DNA of 64,000 bases from Octopus sinensis (lineage: Eukaryota): the NCBI RefSeq assembly GCF_006345805.1, contig NC_043010.1, forward strand, positions 56,916,001 through 56,980,000. Reading direction: 5' to 3'. Shown here piece by piece: positions 53,331-64,000 of the stretch. The position numbers were made by a program, and so were the translations under genes. Position 1 is the first letter of the stretch. Every line of letters starts with the position of its first letter. The notes beneath the pieces are model-generated. The model saw only the letters and a program-made list of their open reading frames with translations. It did not search any database and was not told the DNA's origin.

Positions 53331-53402
53331 ATGTCCATGCCCCCCTGCACAGTCTTTCCCTGAGAAATCTCTTTCCTTTTATGTATATGTGTGTGTATAT
53401 AT

Positions 53403-53615
53403 TCTTCTACTTTTATTCGTTTCAGTCATTTAACTGCAGCCATGCTGGAGCACCACTTTAAAGGGTGTTAGTTGAAGAATTCGACTCCAGGACTTATTCT
53501 TTGTAAGCCTGGTACTTATTCTATCAGTGTCTTTTGTTGAACTGCTAAGTTACGGAGACATAAACCCAACAGCATTGGTTGTCAAGCGATGGCAGGAGGA
53601 CAAACATAGACACAC
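53403..53615 (-). mobile_element. SINE family B
   Basis: Minus strand ...GATAGAATAAGTACCAGGCTTACAAAGAATAAGTCCTGG...GTGGTGCTCCAGCATGGCTGCAG...GACTGAAACGAATAAAAG. Confidence 0.8.
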
Positions 53616-53678
53616 ACAAAAACATATATATATATATATCATCATCATCATCATCATCATCATCGTTTAACATCCGTT

Positions 53679-54898
53679 CAGGGGTTGGACAAAATAATGC
53701 AAACACCTTAACATTTTGAACAAATTTATTTTGATATGGGATCGGAACACCTTTGGCAGTAATTACAGCTTGAATCCTACGAGGTATGGACTCATACAAA
53801 GTTTGAATTGTTTCCAAAGGAATTCTTGTCCATTCTTCAGCTAAAACAGTCTCCAGTTCTTGTAGTGAGGATGATGGAGGATATTGACTCCTTACTTGTT
53901 TTTTTAAAATGCACCATAAATGTTCAATAATGTTGAGATCTGGGGACTGTGGTGGCCAGATAAGATGTTCAACTTCACTAGAATGTTCTTCATGCCATTC
54001 AGTAACAACTTTAGCTGTGTGAATTGGTGCATTATCATCCTGAAAGATTGCGTTTCCCCCTGGAAACAGTTCCGCTACCATAGGATGAATTTGATCAGAT
54101 GAAATGCTTAAATAGTCTTGACTATTAATTCTGCCATGAAGGGAAACCATTGGGCTGGTGGATTTCCAAGATATAGCCCTCCAGATCATCACAGATCCTC
54201 CTCCATGTTTAACAGTTGGAAGAAAGCATTCTGGGTCAAATACCTCTTTTGGCTGTCTCCACATGTATACTCGGTCAGTGGTTGGAAATAAGGTAAGAGA
54301 TGACTCGTCCGAAAAAATAACATTCTTCCACTGCAATTCTGTAGGTTTTTTTTTTACTCCACTCTAAACGCTTTGCAACGTTTGTTTTTTAAAGTAGTGG
54401 TTTTCTGATTGCAGCCCTCCCATGAAATCCGGCTTTGTGCAGCTCGCAGTGAACAGGTTTTGTGGTCATTAAGCTCTGCAGTAATTTTGGGAGCTGTTCT
54501 TTTGTGATTCTCTTTAACAATTTGTGTAAGAGTCCGATGGTCCCTATCTGAAATCTGAAAGGTTTGGTTTTCTTCCGGAGCTTTGTTTCGACGAGGAAGT
54601 TTTTTCCTCTTTCTCAAAGACTCATTACTTTCGAGACAGTACTTCTGGATGCACCAAACATTTCAGTTGTTTTCATTACACTAGCACCTGCCATGCAAGC
54701 CCAACAATTTCACCTCTTTGAAAGTCTGATAGATCTGTGATTTTAATGAATTTTAATTACCTTTTTCTGATGATATCTCAAAAGAAACCACAATTTTAGC
54801 AAAACATATTAAACAACACTATTAATAAAACAAAAATAAACAAGCTTTTGTCAGTTTTATAGATATTTCAAAATTGTTTCCATTATTTTGTCCACCCC

Positions 54899-54901
<3 letters not shown>
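53679..54901 (-). mobile_element. Tc1-superfamily transposon, DD36E (Incomer-like), 1223 bp, defective
   Basis: TIRs CAGGGGTTGGACAAAATAATGCAAAC / GTTTCCATTATTTTGTCCACCCCCTG|TA; ORF 53545..54336 has SDESS, FQDDNAPIH, SPDLNIIEHLW, IPRRIQAVITAKG; the N-terminus is frameshifted. Confidence 0.94.
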
Positions 54902-54949
<48 letters not shown>

Positions 54950-54954
54950 TATAC

Positions 54955-55121
54955 ATACACAATGGGCTTCTTTCAGTTTCTCTCTACCAAACCCACTCAC
55001 AAGTCTTTGGTCGGCCTAAGGTTATAATAGAAAACACTTGCCCAAGGTGCCACACAGTGGGACTGAACCCAGAACCATGTGGTTGAGAACCAAGCATCTT
55101 ACCACACAGTCATACTGCACC
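54955..55121 (-). mobile_element. SINE family D (tRNA-derived head)
   Basis: Minus strand GACTGTGTGGTAAGATGCTT...GGTTCAGTCCCACTGTGTGGCACCTTGGGCAAGTG...GAAACTGAAAGAAGCCC (A/B-box-like); a decayed copy lies at ~2065-2190. Confidence 0.8.
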
Positions 55122-55161
55122 TCCATGCGGCCATGCTGTGTGTGTATATATGTGTGTGTAT

Positions 55162-55204
<43 letters not shown>

Positions 55205-55836
55205 AAGAGATATATATTTGTAAAGTTAACAGATAAATTTGAGAGTATCTATCTCTATATATATAGAAGACAGTAGTGATCAAAAGATTTGAGCTTGCAC
55301 TCTGAAATCTTTACTGAGGACCAAGTCAATTGGGTATAGATTTGCTCCAAGGGGAATCCAAATGAGCAGATAGGGAGACAATGATGCAAATAAATAGATC
55401 AAACTCCCTGGGTTTGATACATGTATATGTATTCTGTATATCAAAACCAAGGAGTTTTAGGTGCTTATTTGCATAATTGGTGTTAGGAAGGACATCCAGC
55501 CATAGAAACCATTCCAAATGAGACCGGAGCCTGGTGCAGCCTTCCAGCTTACCAGCCCTGGTCAAACAGTCCAACCCATGCTTGCATGGAGAATGGACGT
55601 ATGATGATGATGATGAATCTATATATTTGTATGTGTATATATATGTGTGTGCATATTTATAATGCACACATGCATGCCCAATCCATGCCAGCAGACGTTA
55701 AATGATGATGATGGTATATATACACACACACATACATGTGTGTGTGTACATGGACACAGACACATGTTGCAATAATCCTCTGAAATTGATAATGATGCTT
55801 CTGACCTTCTTGCTCCACCCCCCCTCTCTCTCTCTC

Positions 55837-55874
<38 letters not shown>

Positions 55875-58800
55875 GCACACACACACACACACACAAAGCA
55901 CATTTGAGATATATTTCTGGAAACATTCCAATAATTTGACAGAATTAAACAGACTTGTTTTTGTATAATTTTTCTTGTTAACCATTTGATATCATTCTTT
56001 GATAGTTGTTGATGAAGTACACAGTAATAGTGGAGGCTTACCAGATAGAGTGGTAAATTGTGGAAGCATAATACAGTTTTCACTAAATCTCTCGAATACG
56101 AAGAAATGTTCCTCAGTCTATGTAAGCAATATGTATCATATAAGGGATATTTTGAGAGACGTGTTGCTGTGTCCATGTCTCTACCCACAAGACCATTGAG
56201 ACAACAGCAATAGCTAGTTTGAAAATAATGTATTGCAATCTATCAGACAAATATAATCAATAACCAATCATTAGAATAGATTTAAAAATCTCATATTTTG
56301 TGTAAGTAGTATTACTGGCCTTGTGTTTGGTGACAGACAAGACTGTGGGGTAGATGGAGGTTTCAGTCTCGGGTAGGGATTGTGATATGATCTCACTTAG
56401 TTTTATTTTTCTCTAGGGATGTGTTAAAAAGGGGAAGAAAAAAACCCACAATCAGTATAGGCCATGGGCCAAGATTGATCCTTTGTCCAAGGGGTATATA
56501 TGTTGCTATGTCTTTACCCACAGGACCATTGAGACAATAGCAGTAGCTAGTTTGAAAATGATATATTTAAATCTTATATAGCTATTTGATGTGGTGGTGT
56601 TCATGGTTTTCTGTGACTTTAGTTATATTTGAGGGGAGAATGTGAAATGTTCCAGATCACAACATGCTACCTGATTCAGGAATTGATATCACAGCCTTAA
56701 TGATTATAAGCTGAACACCCTAACCACATATATATGTGCATAATTGCATAGTGTTAGTGTTATTAGATCTATTATCATTGTTCAACAGACACCTCTAAAA
56801 GACTTCTTGTTATTTCTGGCCTCATCTCTACCTTCCTTATCCTGTCATCCCTTGGACTTTCAACATCCATTATTGATGGCCATCCAAATGATTCAAGCTG
56901 AAACAGTGCTAAAACTTCATTTTGATGCTCCACCATTTACCACTTCTGGTAACATTTTTTACTTGTTTAAAAGGGTTTGGGATAATTGAATATTCTTCTG
57001 ACAACAGTATACACTGTATGTGCTTCCATACCATCTCTATGATAAAAAAACTTAAACACACTGGTAAAAAGCCATTGAAAAACTAAAATGGTCCCCATCC
57101 ATTAAAAACAAAAATCATCAGGAAAGTTTGGATATTTTTACTGCTAAAAGATGTGTACAAATTGACTTTTATAAATTTTGATGATAAGATTGTGTTGAGT
57201 TGTAATACTGGGGAATTGATAGATATTGAGATGTTGGCATTACATAATAAGGATTTAGGATCAACAGAGGAAAAATACAGAAAAAAGGGGAATTGATATG
57301 TCAAAGTTGACATATTTCAATATGCTCTAATATTAATGAGCTCTAAATTACTGTAAAATACTGTGGTATAAATACACAAAAATTCACTGCTGCTGTAAAG
57401 TGTTGTAATAGAGTGTATATTAAGTACATATACATCATTGATATGTGTGTGAAGGGAAGTAATCAAGTATTTGGTAGGGAAAGAGTTAAACATCCAAGCT
57501 TACAGTTTACTACATTTACTTTGCTCATTAGTTTTTGCTATTTTTTTTTCTAGAGACTTCTGCCATGTAATATCAGGAAGGCCTGGCATCCGGTTATTTA
57601 TAGAAAATAATCTCTCTCTCTCTAATTTTTGGCTTTGTTTGTCTCCTTGTCCATAGTGTTGTATTACTGCTGTAGTAGTAGTAGTAGTAGTGGTGGTGGT
57701 GGTATAGCAGTAATATTGTTGTAATAGAAGTCATATCAGCAGACACTTAGGATGGTCTTTCCACTTGTCATTAAAAAGGTGTTTGTTTGTTTACATCTAA
57801 TGCTCCCTTATTTGAAGGTCATGAAAGGTCATAGTGTTCTGTTGGTATTTCCCCCGTTTATGTCATACATTCACTTTGAGCTTTCAAAACCTTGTGAGAT
57901 AAGAGATCTATTACTTGAAAAACAGTTAAGAGTTAGTGACAGGGAGAGCACCAGTTGTAAAACAATATCTCAGTAACATTTGTGTAACCCATGCTAACAT
58001 GGAAAAATGGACGTAACAATAAATGAAATTATATCTATGCGTACACACACACATACATACATATATACATATATATAACATTATACAGCAATAAACAGTG
58101 AGTAAAACTAGTGGGGTTATAGACAACGGTTGATTCAGTTTACTACAGATGTTAGATTGCATAACCAAAACTACAATCTATGTTTCTAACAAGTTTCTTT
58201 TGATTCAGACAATATTTTACTTTCTAGATAGTTGTGGATCTTCTACAGCGCATGGCACCACACTATTATTATGTATAAATCAACCACATTGACCTGACAT
58301 AAAAGTTTACCAGAATAAGTGCTTCCTGTCATTAAATAATGGACAAAATTTTGAGATGAAACATATTACAAACGAGACAGTTTGTTGTTAAAGATGATAA
58401 TGTGATTAGAGTTAGCTTGTTTTGGGAGATCGACTGATATTTAGAAATTATTCACTACAAAACCTATTATTCCTGGTCAGATTTGTTGTGATACGTTGGC
58501 AGTTTATATCTTCTTCATGTCGTTTTGATTGTTTCGATAAGGAACCATTTGTTAACCATTACCCTTTTCAAAACTTTCTTTCTTTTTATTTCAACTCACC
58601 TCCTACTATCTTCTATACTCACTTTCATCACCCCAACCCTATACAACCCTTCTTCCTTATAACTACTTCCCTTTGGAACTCCTCTTTTCCATGTTTTTCA
58701 CTTCAATCATTAAATTACAACATAAACTGGACCACTGGCTATCATACAAGAAATATTTGCACCAGTAGTTGATAAGCCAATCATGACCATCACCACCACC

Positions 58801-59058
58801 ATTGTAGCTTATCTTTTATGAAATTTTCAGTTGAGAAATGATTGGAGCAGTGTTTTCACACTTATTGCAATATTTTATTTCAATATTAGTTTCACACAAA
58901 GAAATGAATATTTTTTTGTTTTCTGAAATGTGGAAGTTGTTGTTCTTTTGAGCTAATAGCTGGCCTGCACAGGTCAACTGTTGGTAAGATTATGATATTG
59001 TTTGAAGGATCCTACAACTAAGATATTTCTCTTATCATTGTAATTTCTTTAATTTCAG

Positions 59059-59432
59059 AGAGATGATCGATAAGCAGGTAACAGTGGCAGATGACATCAA
59101 GATGCTCTCACCTGACAGGTGTGCTCACATCCATGGATCTACTGGCCATGCTGCCACAGCAGCTTCTTCATCTTCAGGCCATTCTGCCACAACATCCTCC
59201 TCCACCACCACTTCCTCCTCCACCTCATCGTCATCATCATCATCATCATCCTCATCATCATCATCATCTTCATCATCAGCTAATCCTCAAACACCCACAT
59301 CAACTACTCTGGAAATGGCTGACATGCAAACTGCTGGCGAAAGTGGAGGAGTACAATTGGCCACGACTGTAGCTGGAGACACAGCTCTACTAACGACTGA
59401 CTTTAAGAAAAAATATGATAGTGTTGTTGCAG
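59059..59432 (+). CDS. Host coding exon (first or internal) of an unidentified protein with a Ser/Thr-rich low-complexity region
   Basis: Acceptor TTTCTTTAATTTCAG|AG, donor GCAG|GTTAGT; only one frame is open across the exon (ATG at 59063, MIDKQ...TDFKKKYDSVVA); the Ser run varies at third positions (TCA/TCG/TCC/TCT). Confidence 0.75.
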
Positions 59433-59471
59433 GTTAGTATTTATAGTCACCTTTATTTCACTGGTTTCATT

Positions 59472-59518
<47 letters not shown>

Positions 59519-59864
59519 TATATGAGAATATGAATATATGTATATATATATATTTGGTGTTTATTTGAGGAAGATACTTCACTTTAAAACCCTTCTTTGC
59601 TGGATTGGAGCAACTAGTTTTGTATTAGGTAAGAATCAGGTAGCACTTGTATTCTTCCTTCTGTATAAATCCTTCTTGATTCAGCTGCCATCAGTGATAT
59701 TGCTATCCTTCTTTGGAGTTCCTGCTCTCCTAGATAAGTAGCCTGTAGCTGAACTGAAGTAGTTCCCTCCTCATTCCCTGTTGCTCTCATTAAAAACAAA
59801 ACATACAGAACACTGAAGTTGGCCACTCTGTGGGGAAGAAATAATGATAATCCTTTCTATTATA

Positions 59865-60062
59865 GGCACAAGGCTTGAAATATTGGTGAAGTGGGTTAGT
59901 CCATTACATTGACTCTAGTATTTAACTGGTACTTATATCGATCTTGAGAGGATGAAAGGCAAAGTTGACCTCAGTGGAATTTGAACTTAGAACATGGTGA
60001 TGCGCGAAATACCACTAAGCATCCCGTTCAGTGTGCTAATGATTCTGCCAGCTCACAGCCTT
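59865..60062 (-). mobile_element. SINE family A, reverse orientation
   Basis: AACTGGTACTTAT...GGATGAAAGGCAAAGTTGACCTCAGTGGAATTTGAAC...GTGCTAATGATTCTGCCAGCT. Confidence 0.8.
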
Positions 60063-60629
60063 AATAACAACAACAATAATAATGATGATGATGATACGCA
60101 TATTGTATACAGCACTCAGATACTCATAGAAAATAATGGTAACACTGCTGAGGATGATGTTTCCTGTGGTTAATACGAAGCCAATTTAATAAAATGTAGG
60201 TTTGGTATTGTCACCAAGAGGGAGAACACAAGATCCTCTTTGTAGTTAGGAGATATGATAGAAATGATAAGCATACCTTCCTCAGATGACATCCTTCTGT
60301 CAGGCCTGATGCATGAGCCAACTGAAGAGATGTCTCCATGGTAGCTAGACTTAGTAGAAATTGTAACCAAATCTCTGTCAAGCTATACTGTTTTGTTTTA
60401 TGCATGTATATATGGTATGAGGGAATCCTCTACATGATAGCTTGACCTGATAGAAATAGTAATCAAATTACCTTCAAATCATGTCTTATTGTCTTATGTA
60501 TGGATATATAAGCCAAAAGTGACCCCGTAGAAGTAAAAGCTTAATCACATTCACGCTTCACACACACACAAATAAATATAGAAGCAAATATAAGGACAAG
60601 CAAGTAAGGCCAAGTTGATGTACAAAAAA

Positions 60630-60818
60630 ATCTTAAATACATTTAATAAAAAGCACCCACTTACATTCTTGGAGTGGTTGGCATTAGGAAGGGCATCTAG
60701 CTGTAGTAACCTTGCCAGATCAGATTGGAGCCTGATGCAGCCTCCTGGCTTGCCAGTCCCCATTCAAACCGTCCAACCCATGCCAGCATGGAAAGCGGAC
60801 GTTAAACGATGATGATGA
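60630..60818 (+). mobile_element. Family C non-autonomous retroelement
   Basis: GGTTGGCATTAGGAAGGGCATC...CCGTCCAACCCATGCCAGCATGGAAAGCGGACGTTAAACGATGATGATGA. Confidence 0.82.
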
Positions 60819-62375
60819 CACACATATATGGGATTTATTCCAAAAGAAACCAAAAGTTTTTAAAAATCTAAGTTATTGTTTTACTTACAATTTAATCAGA
60901 CTTATTACAGTCAAAATAGCCCTTGGTCCCAGACTATCAATAAACTGCTCCCAACATTTTCCCCCAGTTTTGAAACAGCTTGTTGAACATGAGTGTACTG
61001 TACAGTTGTCTGTACACTATAATTCTTGGGGGTAGTGTACAGTTCTCTTGTCAAATTTTCTTTGATCTCTTCTATCAGGGTGCAGTATCTAGGTTTTATT
61101 TGTATCTCAGACCTCTTTCTTTGCATTACCTCTCTCAACTGTGTCACATCATCCAAATAAGACCTTTTATTGATTGTCTGCTGATGATGAACAAATGTCC
61201 TTGCAATCAAAGAAGATCTCACCTTTACATTTGAGTGATTTTGACTGTTAACGTTAATGGATTATGTTGAGTGACTAGAGGCGGGTGTTTTACTAAAAGG
61301 TACACTTGTGTTGATGATGGTGATAGTAGATGGCAGGCTAGAAGTAATCAGGAGACAACATAGAGCAATTATCATTGGAAAGTGAAAGTTTAAAATAGGA
61401 TGTTGAGAAAATGAGTGAAAAGAAATGTTGATATTTTAGCCAATGAAATCTTGGTGTAAAGCAGAAGTTTTCAAACTAACCCAGACCTAACTAATGACTT
61501 ACAATATCACAGGTAATGGGACCATATGATAGTAACTATCATTCTGTACACTACTAACAATACAGAATATATATATATATGTATTGGCTGCTATTACTAT
61601 ATAATGTAGACACCATCAAAACATTGAAGGAATCTCTGTAGAGTTCGTCATTCAAACTGTGAGAAACAGCAACCGATCATTCCTAGTATTATAAAAAGTA
61701 AAGGACACACTGAATAAAGTAGTTGTAAATAAACCAGATGGTCACAACTGGACTGTCTTTGATGAAAGGACTTCTGCTCTTTTAGGGATTAAATAACTAT
61801 ATGAAAAAATAAATATGCTATGACACACTGTTAGAATATATTAGTGTCATTGTGTACCTAGGAGTATGGTATTATTGATGATACTCAGCGTCATTCATGT
61901 GACAGGCATTTGTCCTCCAAATGCTTCTCCTCACAACGAATTACCATCCTCCTCTGTTGACACCAACAACAGGTTTCCTGTCTTGTTACATAGAAAGCAA
62001 ACCTCCAGCCCCTACTATATTTAACTTTGCTATTTTCTCCGTAATTCAACTCATCCAGACATGGAAACCTCAGCAATTTCATCATCCAGGGTATCATGTC
62101 TTAGAAAATAATCTTAGACCATTATGTTGTTGGTTTTTTTGTTTTGATGTTACTAAGGTTTACAACACTACAGTTGTTTAACTGAATAGAAAAGCTGATT
62201 AAAAATAAAAATATTAACGTACGACCAATTTTAGCAGAAGCAGACCTCACGTATTATAGAATGGAAACAGTTCTTTGTGAGCATGTTGTGTCATAAAATG
62301 GGATCTTTATGTTGGACCATGCAGCATTACCATGGAAAGCGATAGTACTGTGTTACCATCACATGACACAATAGT

Positions 62376-62620
62376 AAAGGTAAACTTCTTGACTCATGCT
62401 GACTCACAAATGTCAGTTTCCTGGTTTCCATGGTGTATGAATTCTCCAACTGGATGGGGGACACTGGTCCATTGCAGGATTTCTCATTTTTGCCAGCTGA
62501 GTGGACTGGAGCAACGTGAAATGAAGTGTTCTGCTCAAGGACACAGTGCATCGCCCAGTCCACGAAACAACAAGCTTACAATCAGGAGTCCAACACCCTA
62601 ACCACTAAGCCATGTGTCTC
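62376..62620 (-). mobile_element. tRNA-derived SINE with a V-domain-like core and apparent 16-bp target-site duplication
   Basis: Head TGGCTTAGTGGTTAGGGTG (A box), TGTGTCCTTGAGCAGAACACT, core CCTGCAATGGACCAGTGTCCCCATCCAG, tail TTTACCTTT; flanks CACATGACACAATAGT (62360-62375) and CACATGACACAGTAGT (62621-62636). Confidence 0.72.
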
Positions 62621-64000
62621 CACATGACACAGTAGTGTGTTACAATGAAATGAGACAGTACTAGGTTACCTTGACATGAAACACTGTGTTACTACAACAT
62701 GGGACTGTACTGTGTTACATTGTCATGGTACAGTGATATGTTACAATGACATACGATAGTAGAATGTTAGTGTGACATGGGACAGCAACATCATCACCAT
62801 TTAACATCCATTTTCAATAGTGGCATGGGTTGGATGGCTTGAGAGGAACTGGCAAGGCCACATTCCACTGCCTGTTTTGGCTGGATGCCCCTCCTCATCC
62901 TAGTCTCTCTACTGAGTGTACTGGGTGCTTTTCACATGGCCCCAGCCCACACACCAATACTTTTTATGTAGCACCTTGGTTTTAGGATCTCAATTTTGTT
63001 GTGGTGGGCAGGTCTAGTTGAGCACAGCAATCTCAGCCCTCTGTCATCTCCTCCAGTGTCATCTCATGGACAGTTTGTTATTTAAAGTTTTCTTCTGTAT
63101 CATAAACAGAACAAAATTTCTCTAGACATTTTTCTTGAGATTTAGTGAAAACTAATTATGTTGTATTTTGCAGGAAGCCAGTTAGATTTGATGAAAGTAA
63201 CTGTCATATTTGAGTTAGTCTGGTGGCTGTGTTGTGTGAGGAAGGTTATGTAGACATGGTACTAGGACAAGATCAAGGAGTGTCATAGGAGATGGCTTTT
63301 AATATTGACATCTCAAAGAACACTCTTCATTTATAGGCAAGAGATCATTATCCTAACCCTACTGTTTTCCCTTCCCCTTTTGCTTCTGGCCTCAACTTTA
63401 TCTATTTTATACACAAGTTGGATGTTTGTGAGGGACCATGGTGGCTGCTGTTGTTGTTAGGGTCGTTTAGATGGAACACCTGGTGTAAAATTGTTGGAAC
63501 TGAAAGAAAGCAAAAGGGTTGTAGAAATATTGGCAAATTTGATTTTCAGAGATGTTTCCTTCAGTTTTATATTTTTATTTACATTTATATTTATTCTTTT
63601 ATACATGCTGCTAGTCCTCCATAGGCCGATGACAAACCCAAAAAGTAAGTTTCTCATACTTGGGGTGGTATTTACTTTGTTGTAGAAAGTACAACACACG
63701 CACACACACACACGTGTGTGTGTGTGTGTTGTACTCTGTTGTTTACTGCAAATATTACACTGTTGACATCACAGACACAGGTTATCAATAATGATTACCA
63801 TATATGATTGCTAACAGTAACAAGTTTAATACTGTGATGTATATATGTTTGTGCAGGTGTGTGTGTGTGTTAAACATACATATTGAAAGATATATTCTCT
63901 CACATATCTGTGGGTGGGGGGAGAGAGTTTAGGTTGTTTCTTTATGAAAATATAATTTGTAAATACTAGAAGAAAATATGTGAACTTTGGAAATCTTGTA

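Noticed and set aside
57470-57490. GGTAGGGAAAGAGTTAA piggyBac-like terminus
   Set aside because: I could not find the matching opposite terminus.

Overview
Eukaryotic, AT-rich, microsatellite-rich DNA. The repeat landscape (tRNA-headed SINEs, RTE/CR1-group LINE relics, Penelope-like elements, Tc1/mariner) looks like an octopod (Octopus) genome; that assignment is recognition from memory, not a search. Nearly all long ORFs in the supplied track are artefacts of simple or tandem repeats. One host coding exon is well supported (59059-59432, +, poly-Ser, gene unidentified), with a possible promoter-motif cluster at 42.2-43.0 kb, so most of the window is probably intronic or intergenic. A dense transposon pile occupies 14.4-25.1 kb. 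Highlights: (1) a near-perfect 156-bp palindrome (21136-21291) with a complete type I hammerhead ribozyme fold on each strand; (2) a 180-bp inverted repeat (18295-18696) whose spacer holds the 3' half of a minimal hammerhead; (3) a Penelope-like retroelement (RT + GIY-YIG) ending in a CpG-decayed minimal hammerhead; (4) a ~37-copy 40-bp minisatellite amplified from the C-terminal coding end of a LINE; (5) two Tc1 elements with a DD36E (Incomer-type) catalytic spacing.
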